64,000 nucleotides of DNA, taken from assembly GCF_009834535.1 (NCBI RefSeq), contig NC_045707.1:57724001-57788000 (forward strand). Direction: 5' to 3'. Position numbers and translations under genes: made by a program. Within the stretch, counting starts at the first letter, position 1. Every line of letters begins with the position of its first letter. The DNA is from Camelus ferus (taxonomy: Eukaryota). Below, piece by piece: positions 12,501 to 27,500 of this stretch. The notes beneath the pieces are model-generated. The model searched no databases. It saw only the letters and a list, made by a program, of their open reading frames with translations, and was not told where the DNA came from.

Positions 12501-15500
12501 GAATAACATGCTTTGTGATATCAGTTTGAGATTATTTTATGGAAAAACTGAGTTTCAACAGTAATGGAAGGATTACATCTTGGAGGAAGATTTCGTATAG
12601 TGGTACGATTATATATGTGAAGACTTACAGACAGGAAAAGCAAATCATGAAGAACCTAGACATGTTATGGTCAGAAATAGAATGTTTTTAAGATTCCATG
12701 TGATTTTTCTATGGCACTTATTACTCTTTGCCATTCATTTCTACATCAACTGGATGGACACTTTAGATAAATTTCAAGTATCCAAAATGTTCGAAATTAG
12801 TATTTGTAGAATTTTTGAGTGACTTAAAATCAAAATCAGTATGACTCAAAATGCAAATATTGAAATGGACAAATATTATAGCTATCAATTTAAAATATTC
12901 AAAGAGGTAAAGAAAATTACGCACCAGGTCTTTTTTCTGAGAAATGGCATCATGGGAAGAGCAAACACACACGTAGATTATGTGCTCTGAGAGACACAAT
13001 CAAGGCCCCAAGGCCCGAAGGCCCAAAATCTAGTTCTTATAATCTGCCTAAAATTACTCAAATTCCTCACTCTTGGATAAAGTTAATTGAAAGTTCTGAT
13101 TAATATGCAAATATGATTTTTCATTAATAGATACCTAAGAAAAAATTCAGGACTTCTCAATTCTAACAAGTTCAGCTCTATCCATATAACTGGGCAATTA
13201 AAGAGCAGGCTCTCTAGTGAGGTTTTTGCCATTGTTTTAAAGGATCTTTGAAAACGACTGCATCAAAGTGAATGCCGACTATTCATCTGAAACGGCACAC
13301 AAAATCAAATTCAAAAAGACGCTTAGGCAAGTCCTAAAATACTTACATGTTTTTACTGTAGGCACATGATACATATTACTTAATTTAGTCCCGCTGATGG
13401 TGGAAACAAAGAAATTATATTCTGTGCCTGGGGTTAAATTGTCAACAGTTATTTTACTGTCGTGTTTTAGAAGCCTGGTTACATTTGGCCCTCCTTCAAT
13501 TGTAATACATATGCCATCAAACACTCCAACATCAGGCATTTGAACAAATAAGATTATGGAGGTACTATGACTTTCATAAGGGATAACAATTTGAACTGGT
13601 TTGGGCTCTGAAAGATAAAAGGAGACATAATTAGTGTTTTCTTAAAACTTTAAGCATACTTGTCTATGGTATGCCTAGCATGTTCTAGAATTTGTAAAAA
13701 TATTAAATGCCTATTCATCAAACATATTTACTAGGTCTGCATTGGAGAACATTATGACAGACCATAGGTACATGCATACTGGAAGTACCTAATTAACTTT
13801 CATTTTTTGATTCTCATTAATAGTCTGAAAAAAAAACATAAAAATCTGAGATTTTGCATCGCTTTACCTTTTTTCTATTTATTAAAAAAATACTTTTGAA
13901 AACCTACATACTAGGAAGAATGCTCAAATAAAGTAAATAAGGCCAGATTCCTGCTTTCAAAGAGTTTCCCCAATCTCAGAGAAGACATGCGCAGATCACT
14001 AAGTAGAGTCCCAAAAGGTTAGAGCTGAGCTGGTGACTTGAACCAAAGGCCGTTGAGAATAGCAGAGATAACTGGGGAAGGCTTTCCAGAGTCGGCGACG
14101 ATCTTTTATCTGAGTCATTATAAGACAGTACAAGTTTACCAGAAAAAGCGTGTGTGGTGGGGAGAGGTAAGCAGGAGGGAATTCCAGACCAAGAGAAAAG
14201 CATCAGCAAGGTATGGAAACCAAAAAGGGCACCATCACACGTTCTGGGAATATCACCTTCCTCCAGCTCTTTACTAGAGGGTAGATTACTAGCCACCAGT
14301 ATTTGGCATCTAGTTTCTAGTTACTAGTCTTTGGCAAGTTATTTAGTCACTCTGTGCCTTGATTTTTTTTTTCCTCCCTAAAATGGGAAGGACACTAGTA
14401 GCTACTTTGCAGTAGGGTTACTGAGACAATTAAATGAAAGATTGTATTTATGCATAAAGTGCTCAGAACAGTTCCAGGCACATGGCAGGCACTCAGGGTG
14501 GTTCAAGCATAGGGTGTGTCCTTGGATCAGGGACCAGGCATGACAGGGCCACCTCTGAGGCTGTGAGGCTTTGCATGCCAAGCCATGGAGGTCAGGCTTT
14601 ATCGCTTCGGCACAGGGATTTTGAGCAGACTTTTCATTTCCTTTTTAGGAACACAGTTCTGGCAACAGTTTGGTAGAAGGATTCATTTACATTTTATACT
14701 CTCCCCCTGACCTCTACTAAAGAGCTTTACTGTACCACAATCCTCTATTCTGCTATTTACAGCAGATTTGAAATTTTAGATAGTTTCTCTTCATGTCATT
14801 TTTCCCTCAGGTCAATTTTAATTTTGATTCTTTTTTGATAGTTTTGGATTATTCAGTTATCATCCATTATATACTTAGGTCTCTCTTTCTTCCAAATAGA
14901 TGTCTTTTTTAAAATACACAACATGAAAAAGGTTTTTTTTTCCCCTCCAGAGAATAATTAGATGGCCTTTCCTTTTCAGGTTTGTGTGTGTGTGTGTGTG
15001 TGTGTCTGTGTGTGATCTGGTTTGCTACAATGCAACTTGTTCTAAATCACTGTTAAATATTTGATAATGTGATTCTGTCATTTTACACAACGCCAGTACT
15101 GCCTAAAAGGGATTTCAACACACATCTATAATTACCAATATAGAACATAAAATCTGTGCACTATCTCCATCAATTCATTCAGCTGTAATATATAACTTTC
15201 TCTCCTTTTCTGTTCTCGGTGGTTATGAGGAAATGTTCAGTATCCTAACCATAACACATTCCATATGGTATACTAGGTTTCAAGGCACTTATACCATGTT
15301 TTTCTCCTTCCAGTTATATTAACTTTACTTTTTCTGTCATCACTAACTTTTGTGGGTTTCCTCTTTAAATTCCTTACAGCCTTCTTCAAGATGCAAAGCT
15401 CCTACAGTAAGTCTGGCTTTTCCAAGGCTAGCATGTATCCCACAAGTATTCAATCCATCTGAGTCTGTGGACAATGATCTGTGAAAGCTTCTAAGTGGAC

Positions 15501-18500
15501 TTTGAGCAGAAATTAAAGATCTGGGGATTGAAAATAAATGGCCAGTCTACTGGGTGCTAAAAACACCTTCTAGGGAGAGACAATGCTTTAAATAGGCGTA
15601 GTTTACTCTAGGTTCCAAAAGTGTGCAGTTGGTGGCATTCCCTCCAGTGGGTAAATGTGAGGTTTGACATCACTTCCACTCGTCCAGGGAAACGTAGTCA
15701 ATGGTGTGAATGCATGACGTGTTAAAGCAGAGGGAATCAAGGCTGGAAAAGTGTAGAATAGGACAAAGTTATTCCTTGTCTTCAAAACTATGCCCTGAAC
15801 CTCTGGAAATGCAAGTGGGAGAAGATTTCATTTAAAAAAAATAAAAAGTACTGCCGCATTCTGGTGGAGTCCAGTGGGTCTCCACCTCTGTGACCATGAC
15901 CCCTCTCCTTATAGTTTCCTGCAAGAGCTTTTTCAAAAGAAGTGGCAGCCCTGAGAGCTGTATGAGGATTTTTCAATATGTGATAAACTGAACTGAGCCA
16001 AAATTCAAAGGCTTTTATTATAGGTAAGGTAGAAGGAGGTCTCAGGGATGCCCTGTCAATCTTAAAATGTATTCTTCTACACGGAGAGGAAAAAAACTCC
16101 AGCACCAGCTCTCCTACAGCTCTCCTTCCCTCAAGAAAACTTGGGAGTCGGTAATTCCCCTGATAGAGAGAGACCACATAAACAGCTAAAACAGCTTTAC
16201 TTCCCACTAAGGATGGCCAGAGCTCCTCAAAGCCATTACTCCACTCCTGCAGAGAAGTGAAATTCTAACAACAACAAAGACTCTCACAGGGCTTGCTTGG
16301 TGCCTCAGCCCTTAAGTTATACTAACTTCATAAAGTAGATAAGTTATCATGCTCATTCTAGAGAGAAGGAAACTGAGGACCAAAAAGGTTGAAGGACTTT
16401 CCAAAGGACATAAACTGATCATTGTGGAGCTGGAATTCTAACCCAGGTAATCTGGTTCTGAGGTCTGTCGTCACAAGCACTACCTTCCCCCCAAAGGGCA
16501 CATCTTATGGCTCAGGGCACCATTATAACTGACTGGACATCAAGTTTTGTTAGTTGTTTTCAGAATAACATAGAGAAACAGAGAAGTTTCAAAGGGGGAA
16601 GGAAAATAAATGAATGCGTAAATATTTTCCTACATGTCTGTAACATGGACAAGTTCATTAAAAAGTAAATCTGCCTCTACGCTTGACTGCCTCAAAGTAT
16701 ATGGAAGAAAGAGAAACAGGACACTGTTAATAATAGTTACCAACACGTATCTGCTGAATGGATACGTGGAAAGAATTCATTTCTACCTATGCACCTTGGG
16801 ATAGGTTAGTATTTGCTTGATCATCTTGACACAAGTAAAAACGATGAATGATAAATAACCAGGTGATGCCAAAGGTGACTATAAAGTTTAAGAACTGAAC
16901 AGAAAGACCAACGTGATTATAAGAAATAGTGTGGTACTTGAAGGAACTAGAGAACATTCACCAGAAGGAAAGAAAATGTAGACACCAAGAGCGCCTCATC
17001 GGTGTTTCCAAACATGCGATGGCCTTTCACAGGAATTAGGGAGTAGATTTGCTCTGTGAGCCTCTGGAGAACAGGCATGACAGAGGAAAATGACGGGGAA
17101 CTGTCAAAACAGAACGATCAGGGAACTGTCTACTCTGTGAGGCACTGGCAAGAAGATTTCTGTTCTAATTTCAAACCCTAAAATTCTCTTACTCTTCTTA
17201 GGATTTATATATGTTAATCCATGTTGGATAGCAGTTTTACAAATAAGTACCTGAATTAAACAGAGTCACGAACTATGAGTACATCTGAAACAGAGAACTG
17301 AGTAAGATTTCAAAAGAGCTCACTATCTAGAAAGGAAGGCGAAATTTTGTTTTAGATGGTAGATGGGTTAAACATGCTAAGTTCCCTAGGGTCAAAGGAG
17401 AATAGGACTTTAGAGCTGAAAATGAATTTTAAAATGTATTTGCATGCTTGGCATGCATGAGGTTCTGGGTTCGATCCCTAGTACGTCCATGAAAATAAAA
17501 AATAAAAATGTATTCAGTGATCTAACTCTTATGGAGCAACAACCTAGGCCCCAAGACAATGTGGGGAAAATCTAACCTCATACTGGTAATAACTGATAGC
17601 TCTAAGACCCCAATTTGTTTCCCAATAATGCATTTTGCTTTAGTACTTCTGACTATAAATTGTTGTTGGGTTGTTTAATAGACATGAAATGTTCATTTTT
17701 AGCAATATCTCTTTCTTAGTTTTATTTTTCATAACTATTTCCTAAGATAAATTTCTGAGAAAACCTATGTAAAGATAATTAAGTACGGAAGGACCATGCA
17801 TGAATTTAGGTTTAATCTTTGGAAGATAAAACAGGAAAATCTGATGCTGGTTGAGAGTGGACACTGCTAATGTGTAATTTTTTGGACCAATTGATTTTTT
17901 TTTCCCACCAGGCTGCCCTTACTGTTAGCCAAAAGGCCTGTGAGGTCCAACGATCTTGCCTTCCTCAGAGTCACCACTATCCACCCAAATTGGTTAAGTC
18001 AAGACCTAAATTTCTCCCCTCCATGACTCATCACAAGCCTTCATCATCAAACCTTGGACTCCCTGCTTTTATAAAATAAAATGTGTCTACTGCACTCCAT
18101 CTGCACTTCCCCATCTTGTCCACCATAATCTTTTGCCTAGATTCTCCAACACTCTTACCCAGTTTCCCTACTTCCTTTCTTTTACCCCTACACAAACCAT
18201 TCTTGGCACATATCAGGGGAGAAATTTTTGACACACAGGTCACATTGTCATTCTCCCGCATAAAACCCTCAGTGGGTTTTCCCATTGTCCTCAGAACAGA
18301 CTCAAAAGCATAGCCTACAAGCTCCATGTGATCTGACCCCTGAATACTTCTCCAATATCATTTCTTACTACTCTCCTCTCTTCCTCAGACACCACACATT
18401 CTGGCCTTTTTGTTCTTTGATACACCAAGCTTTTCCCTTTGTGCTAACTGTTCATGCCTCAAGTACCCTTCCTCCGTTGTGATCTGCTCTGGCTCCTTAC

Positions 18501-21500
18501 CGTTTAAGCCTCCATTCAAATGTTACTCCTTCTATTACAGCCCACCAACAGCTGAAACCTCCGTCCCTCTTCAATCACTCTTGTAAAACCAGGAATGTCA
18601 CTTGCCATACAGTTTTATAAGGATTAAGTCATTAGCCACCAAAGTTGCAGACCCAAAATACACCAGGGAAGGAACTCAGTACGAAGAACAAGATGAAGCA
18701 CCCTGTGCTTTGGGAAAACAGGCAAAGCAGTCCCTTAAACAGTTACATTTCAGGAAAAATTTTTATGCCCCCATATGCTTGCATCTCCCCACACTTAGAA
18801 TAGCACACAAGTCATTAACTGAAACACCTGTACCTCGTGACTAGCAGTAATCTTCTACCGAGATGTACGCTTAATTGCACATACCCCTTAGCCAAAATTA
18901 AATAATTGTAACCCTCCTATTATATAATAACTCTTCCCCGACCTCTTCAGAGCAGTCCCTCAGAGCTCTCCGAAAGGATGTCTTTTGGGCTAAGTTCTCA
19001 GTAAGATACTGAATAAAACTCAACTCACAGCTCTTACATTGTGTGTTTTTCTTTCATTCAACAGAGCACAAAAAACATTAACTGAGATACCTGTGCCTTG
19101 TGACTAGCAGTAACCTTTTACCAAGATGTATGACTGATTGCACATACTGCTTAGTTTTTTATTTCAGTGGAGACACTGTACCGCATCACTTTGCCATTTT
19201 CCCTCTTAATGTTTATCACAATTTATAAATATTATTCACTTTTCATTTCCCTTTTCTTTCTTCCTCCTTATTAAATTTTCAATAATTACTTAGTGAATTA
19301 ATTTTATTTGAGAAATAAAATGGAATTTTCTCATTGGTTTGGCCTTAAATCTTTTATACACTGTCAATATTTCCTTCCAATGTGCTACAGCATGCCTTTG
19401 TTGATACAATAAAAATTATAAACACTTAGATAGCTATATGTCAGGTACTGTTCTAAGTCCTTACATTTATTAAACCAGTTATTCTCAGGACAATTCATGA
19501 CACACATTATTTTCTCCCACTTTACAGATTTGGAAACGGGAATAAACAGGTTGAGTACACTGCCCAGGATAACTCAAATAGTTGAACCCAGATCCAAACC
19601 TAGGTAGTATGGCTTTAGAATTAAGTCCTCATCACAACCAATGCTGACTATTTACAAGTATAAAGTAGTTTCAGGATACAAGGGGTGCAAATTGATCCAG
19701 AGCCTGAGGCACACCAGCAATCTACTTAAAAAGATAAAACCTGCTACCAAAAGGGTCTATCAGAAACTATTTTACAATAACCCCAAATCAGCAAATGTAT
19801 GTTAAGAGTGAAAAGTATTTGATTCTTACTTAGAGTTTGTTGAATAGTTACCAGCTCACTCAAGTTCCCATTCATCACTGTCGCCATTCCAATGTCATAT
19901 GTCATTCCAGGGATTAAATTATCAACCTTGAATCTAGTAGCATCCTTTACAAAAAGCTTCCTGACTTCTCTTATATCTGATATGGCTTTGATTTGAATGT
20001 AGACCTCATGGCTGTCTTGTGGGGGTTCCCACTGAAGAATTATACTGTCCTCTCTCACATCTTCAAGTTTAGCATAAACTTTCAGAGGTGGATGAATACC
20101 TTGGAAGAAACAGAGAAATAGATACACACATTTATTGAAAAAAACCTCAAAGCAATATTAATTAATTTTTAAAGTAAATTTGATGAACCCTTACATCACC
20201 ATGTCTTGTAAAGGACTCAACTTTAGAGAAAAATATGTCTTGTTATTACTATGCAAGTATTGGAGAATTTTCTTGATACTCTATTGTAATAACCAAAGGA
20301 AATACTTTGGCTTATCTCCTTGCACAATTTATTTGAATATCAAGCCTTGTGATTTTTACTACTATACCTTCCTCCTAGTCTCACTGTCTTGGGATATATG
20401 CTCTCCGTAAACTTACGATAGTTCTCAGGCACAATGATCAATCTTTAGTTCATCTTTATAAGAATAACTATGCAATTTTAAACTGTTCAATAGTTTTACT
20501 TTAAATAATCTTTAAAGAATTCTCTACGATTTTCATAATTACTTTGTTTTTGGAACCTGTAAGTTGATTTTTATCCTATTCTGAAGTTCACTTCCTTATC
20601 CAATTAAACACTACATTTTAATTTCTCAGGAAAATATTCTGTACCAGACCTATAGTCTGTTCATTCCATGCCTCAATCTCACAAAATTGGAGCTGGCCTG
20701 ACTTTAGGTGTTGAAATTGATTAAGTATGTAGAATTATCAGAAAATTCCAGAATAACTCAATTAGAAAAACTATCTACAAGAGTCCAAGTTTAAACAACT
20801 TCAGATATTTTTTCTTATATACCTACAAAACCATGAGTCTAACTCTACAATTACTTAAATAATTTTCTGTACCCTCCTGTGCATTTTTATGGGAGAAAGT
20901 CCATTATTTTCCCCACATTTTCAAAAGCTCTATTAACATAAAAGTTAAATTTTAATGAAAATATACTCAGTAAATATACCCTTCACCCTCTGTGACTAGT
21001 GCACATTTTCTAGACTCTCAGTACACGCCCCACCCCCACCCCCCAGCAATCTAGCCATGCTAATCTACTTGTAACTTCCTAATGTTCAATTGTTAGTGTC
21101 TTCAAAAAGCCTTCACTGGCTTTCCCAGATACGGCTAGATGCCTCTTCTTTGGTCCTGTCTACACACATGCTGTTTGCGCCACTTGTCACATCCTTCACC
21201 TCCCCATTCCCACCTGATTATTTTTGACTCTTCCTTTGTGACTCAGTGTATTACTCCTCCAGAAAGATTTTCATGACTATCCCTGTACCCTGAGTCTGGG
21301 TTAACTGATCCTGCTCTATGATCCCATAGTATACAGAAGATAAACCCTATAATAGGAATTATAATCTAGCATCATTTTAAAAAATTTGTCTCCGTGCATT
21401 AATATGTAAGCCCTCTGAAGGCAGATACTAGTCTTATTCATCTTCGCATTTCTAGTACCTGTTTCAGTTCCTGACACTTAAAAAAAAAAAAAAAAAAACC

Positions 21501-24500
21501 TATTGAATGACTGATGAATGGAAAAAAAAATATTGCCTCAACCTCAGGAAAGTAAAAGGGCATGGGAATACTGAATCCTAGACATGCATGGCTGCGTCAG
21601 CTTATGGTCAAGATACATAGCAAACAGTGCAATTAAATGTGCATACTCACAGGTACCCTTCTCCTGCCCCTTATTTATAGGTACATATAGTGGGAGATTT
21701 TAACGTGACTTCAAAATTAATGAATCTGTGAGAAATCCTAGTAACTCTGCCTGTCAGTTAAAAATGAAAGCATCTTCTTAAAGTGTAAGGAACTCAGTCA
21801 AGCATTTACCATTTGACAGACGCTTGGTCTGAGCTCAGGGAAGAGAAAACATCTGCTCTCTAGTATCCAACTGGAAAAGAACTTTTCATTAGGATTTACT
21901 TCTCATTAGGATTTGCAACACTCAATGCATGTATCTTAAGCATTTGCTTTCGGGAAGCATGAAATAATATAGTTCATTATTTATCTTGCAATTCATGACC
22001 ATTATTATTTTCAAAGAATCCCAAGAATTCCCAGTGAGTATGAGAGGAGGTTAATTAATCTATGGCTGTGCATGTGCGCGTTTTCCATTCCTCCTCCCTC
22101 AGTTCTAGTGTGTTTAAATTTTAGCTGGTGAAATTTCAATCGAAGAACTTTGGAAACAGGCATGTTCTATACACACGCATAATACACACATCACACACAC
22201 AGGGATATACTGCCAAACGTGCTTGTTACAGTTTCATAAGTAGGGTTCTCTTTTCCAAAAAGACTGACTTATACTTAAGGGGGTACACAGGATGCTCAAT
22301 TAAAAGACAGACTAATGATTATATTCTAGACAAGGATTCAAAAACTGCCACGCGAAGGTGAGTGGAGGTTGGAAACGCATTTGCCAGAAGTCCTGGGATG
22401 ACACTGCCCCCTAGAGGTCAACTCATAACACTGCGTGAGAAAATAAAGAATGACCCAAAAAAAAAAAAAAAAAAAAAAACGATTAAACGTTCAGACCTAT
22501 CTATTGAATCTAGTGCTATTAACGAGAACTGGGTGAATTCATCTTCCTATTTTCGGATAATTTATCTTCCAGCAAAGGCACATACAAAACATGCCTTCTA
22601 GGAACGCTGGTAGGAACAACGCAGATGTTTAAAGAGTTCATGTACGTCTAAATGAATTTAGTATTTAGAATCCATGCTTAGAATTGTGACTTCACATCCA
22701 GACAAACGTTCACTGTATTTGTACTCACGAAGGATCAACATAATTCCAGCAAAAGAGTGTTTCAAAATATGCAGTTTTTATTTTTTGATCCAAAGGCAAA
22801 ATGTGCCCACGCTTACCTGTAACAGCTGAAATAGGTTTCTCAGAGCAGCTCAAAGTTCCTCTTTCGGCTACACTGAACAGATGTAGCAGGTAATGACGGA
22901 AAGATGTGAGATTTCCAATTGCGGCTGATGTGTTGAGTTTTTCAACAAATACTTCCTCTGATTTATTGTTCTCAACATCCAAAATGCTCACAAGATAGTG
23001 ATGAAGAGACATGGGCTCTGGAGCAGCCCAGTGTAAAAATATTTCTGTTGGGGTCACATGAGTGACTGTGACATTTTGGGCTGATAATGGACCTAGTAGA
23101 AAAATAGATTAAAAATAAACCAGAGAAATACATCATATTAGTGATACGGTTTGGCTGAGTAATCTCACCGCTCAGTACTTCCATGATACTCTAGTTTGGA
23201 GAGAAAAGGAAAACTGGATTTAAACCCTGGCCCTTCCTAATTATATCTCCAACTCCCTGGGTACATTACTCTCTGAGCTTCAGGGTGTTTTTTTTTTTCT
23301 TTTAATGTAAAATGGGAATTATAGTCTAATTATGAAGATTAAATGAGACGAAGACTGTAAAGCACTTGGCAAGGTGTTTGACACACAACACTGTTCAATC
23401 ATTATTAGGAGCACCACCAAAATGCATCCAGTGAGCACCTATCATATAGGTCTTTAACTTTAGTCTCATCAGACCAGAGGGCAGGGACTTCGTATCATTT
23501 ATTCTTCATTCCTAACATCACCGGAATGCTGGCATTCATCCTCTTACAAAAATATGTTCCAACTCCCAACCATTTCATCCAGTGCCAGTGGTTTTCTTAG
23601 TTAATCCCTCCAGATTAATTTTCTTAAAACAGCACCTTGCACATAGTCTCAAACCCATATCCGTTCCCTACCCTCCCAATACACAGACATGCACACATTC
23701 TTCTTGATTCTTTCTTTAGAAGCAAAAGCTCAAGCTCAAGAGTTAAAATAAAACCATCTGGGTTCCTGAGTAGCTTAACAAAGCATGTTAGTCTAGTCAG
23801 TTTATTTAACCTTTCTGAAGCTCAGTTTTTCTCATTTCTCAGTATAGCTACTCCCGTGTTGAGATAAAGAGAAATGAAATAGTGCATTAAAAGTGTTTGT
23901 AAAAGGTAAAGCAAGTCTTAGAAACTATAGCCTTCATGGATTTCCTTTGCTTCTAAGGTCAAGTCCAACCATCTGGGACAGAGACCCCTCGCATGCTCAA
24001 ATCTGACACCACCGACCACTCAAACTGATTTTAACCCTCATGCCTGAGAAAATCTTCTTCAATCTGCATTATTCTTTTCCTACAAATTCGTACTTCCATT
24101 TTTGCTCACAACATGCTTTTCGTCCTTCAAGTCCGAATCTAATCTTCTCCTTTCCACGAATCTTCCCGTTATCCACCCTCTGAATCCCAGAAAGCATTTA
24201 TTAAATGTACCAGTGATTGGGAATTTAGGTAACTATATTTTGCTATACAGTTTTGTTTGCATTTAATTCTATGCTTTACTCATTCTCTCCACTGTTAAGT
24301 CCCTTAAAGTCCGGGGTGCATGTCTGTTTCTCTCCTGCTGTTAGCACGTATCAAAATTCAGTTTCCCTAAATTTACTGTGAACCGGACACCAGTCTAGCT
24401 GGTACTGTAATACAAATAAGATATGATTTCTGCTCTGATGCATGTATAGGTTAACAAGAAAGCCAAACACATAAACAGATTCACTGTAATTTAAAGTGGT

Positions 24501-27500
24501 TAAAGATACAGGTGTGCCCAGAGGGTTATGAGACAACAGCAGACCTTCAGGAATAATGTGCTAATGATGACATTCAGCATTTGAAAAATTATACTTTCAG
24601 ATGTCTTGTGCTTACGTGTTTCGACAATGAATGTTGGACTTAAAGTAGTTTTTGCCCCTGATTCACTTATTGCAAAGAATAAAAATCTGTAAACATGGCC
24701 AGGAGACAGCTGGGTAATTGCTCTTTCTGTAGTATTTGGGGGCACACTTTCGAAATGTTGTTCTTTTGTATAACTTAAGTAATATTTAATGATAATTTTA
24801 TACTCCAGTTTCAGCCACTTATTCAAATTATTCCAACCACTCAAATTATTCCAACTAAATACAACTTCAGTTGTTCCAACGTCCTTTATATAGAACAAGA
24901 GGTTTCCCGGCAGAGAAGGTGCTAAAAAATAAAAAAAAATTATTTTTGATTAGAAATTGTAAGTCTATCTTTAAAATAATAAAAGAGTGAGATGCAAGAA
25001 TATAAGAATACTAATAAAATAATTACATTCATATTCACAAATATATGGCAGAGGAACATAACAGAAAAATCTTGTAAAGAAATAGTTTGATCCAGTTGCA
25101 TTTTGCTGTAAAATGTAGCAATCTGTTTCATTCTTGGGTAGCAGTGGAAAAGAAAAAATTTCGTTTTCCCTAAGGCCAAAAGATGATCCATCTGTCCACG
25201 TGAGATGACCTTCTTTCTGTAATAAAGTGTACAAATTAAACCAATATAAAGGAAAAGTGTCATATCTTCAAATACATGTATTTGAAGATTTTCATTATTC
25301 ACTCCTATATTATAAAATTTTCTAAGATTGGTAAATCATCAGTAAGTTTCACATTTTTATGTAGATACCTTCACGATAAAGATCCTAGGCTGGAGACAGA
25401 GTTCATTTTGATTCACTCAATAGCCCTGTCATCAGGAGAATTGCTGAATTTCACACTAAGCCTCTATTTTCTCATCTATAACATGGATATAATAATAGAA
25501 CCTACATCTTAAGTTGTTGTGAGGATCACATGGCTCAATACAGTGCCAGGGAACAGACCCATTATTACGTGGTTATTTTGTTTCAAGACATCAAATAAGT
25601 CCTATGCATCAGAAGTTACCTTTCTACTAAGATGAGTATCACCAATGTCAACTCTTACAAGTAATGAATCTATCTCTAGAGAGTCATGTGGCTACTCTCC
25701 TTGAAAGGGGTAGGAAAAGTATAAGCTTCAACAAAGATGCACCTGGATTCTAATCAATATTTCTGCCACTATCTACTCTTGGACAATAGCTATCCTCTTA
25801 AAAACAAAGTGTTTTCACCTGTGCAATGAAGATAATCATGATTACTTTGCATGGTTGTCAACAGGTTTAGAGAGAATGTATGCAAAATCCCAGGCACATA
25901 GCAGCTCCTCAGAAATGAATAATTCTTACAGGGACAATGAACTCTGTGAAAACAGAGACTGTGTATGTGCTGTGGTTATCACACCATTCCCAGCAGCAAG
26001 CACAGCGCCAAACTAGTTGCATGGACATGGACTAAAGAGACCTGTTCCCTCCAGATATTCTAAAGAGATTTTAAAACGATCCATTCCAATTCCACTAAAT
26101 AGAATGGAGGAATATTGTTTCATCAAAGAGTCTGCTTTATTGCCTATGTTGTACTGCCACTTAGAAAATAAACAGAGGTACAGAGGCAGGAATGTTCAAG
26201 TGATTGGGTTGACCTGGCACCACCATTGTTTAGCTCTGAGACCCGAGATCTTTCTGAGTTCCACTTTTCCTCGTCTATGAAGTGAGAATAATGATACTGC
26301 CTACCTCCTAAGGTTGTTGTGAGAACTCAGTGAGAGTTACCTATGTAATCCTCCCAAAGCAGAATATGAAGACTTCATCTTTCATTCATCAAGTTCCTAT
26401 TGAGTACCAGGTCCCAACTGGAAGCTAGGAATGCAATGATGAATAAGACATAGTCTTTATCCTGAAAGTCCAGGAACAAACTCACCCTTACTCAGCATGG
26501 GTTTACTTAAAGGGTTTACTTTCTCAATCTACCACAAGGATAATGACCCAGTAGGTAACTCTGATGTCAACTGCAAGACACCAGCTTAATGCAGAGGCTG
26601 TAGAGTACCGTGGTGAAAAGTACACTCTGATGCAAGTTCACATGCCCCCCCTCATTGCCTCTTATGTCATACAAGGAAATCACACAGAATTGTGCTTAGC
26701 ACTTAGAGACATTATAAGACTCAGCTATTATTACAAAGGAAGTCTTTTTAATACTTACTTTGATGTTTCATTCACCACCCAATTTTTAATTATCTTAATG
26801 CCGAGACTACATCTTTAGACAACTTAGAAAAATTCACAGCAACCACAAAGATGCCTCGAGAGCCTCACTTTGGCTATCATGACCATACGACCTAACCTTG
26901 TAACAGAAACCAGTAACAGTAACTATTGCAAGAGAGGCCTCTGGTTTAAACAGTTTATAACCACCATGCTAACAGCAGGAAACAACTACATGGCCTGGCC
27001 TGCTTGGAAAGAGACTGGCCTGCTGGGAGGGGGGCTTCTGAGATGAACTGTGGTTTGAGGAATGTTCATTAGAATTTCATTCACTGCCTAGTAAAAGATA
27101 AAGGAAACTCCATAGGAGAATGATGAAGATACAATTAAAAACTGTCAGCAGTTTCTCCCAAGCTTATGCAAAGATCCAAAGGAAAATTGGCATCAGACCG
27201 AATTTGCCTTGGGTCACTAGAGATCAGAACATCTCATGGAGAACAGATATATCTTTGAGTGGCAGGAAATAAAAGTGAAAAGAAGAAAACACAGACTAGA
27301 CAGAAATAATTGTGTTAGGTCTCAAGTTTTCCTACAAAATGCTGACCAAAATGAGATTTCATGAGCTATTCCACAGTGTTAAGAATGTTGAAGTAAGAAG
27401 TGTGTGACATTTTTCTCCACCAGTATGAAATAAAATCTTCAGATCTTTCTGTATCTTTCAGTAAAAATGAACTGGATGTGTGCAGTGAAAGAAAGTGGAG

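Noticed and set aside
15180..17160. Possible missed exons or a processed pseudogene between FN3 #5 and #6
   Set aside because: No open FN3-like frame with splice sites; parts resemble ancient CR1/L3 remnants; exons 19830 and 13607 join in phase.
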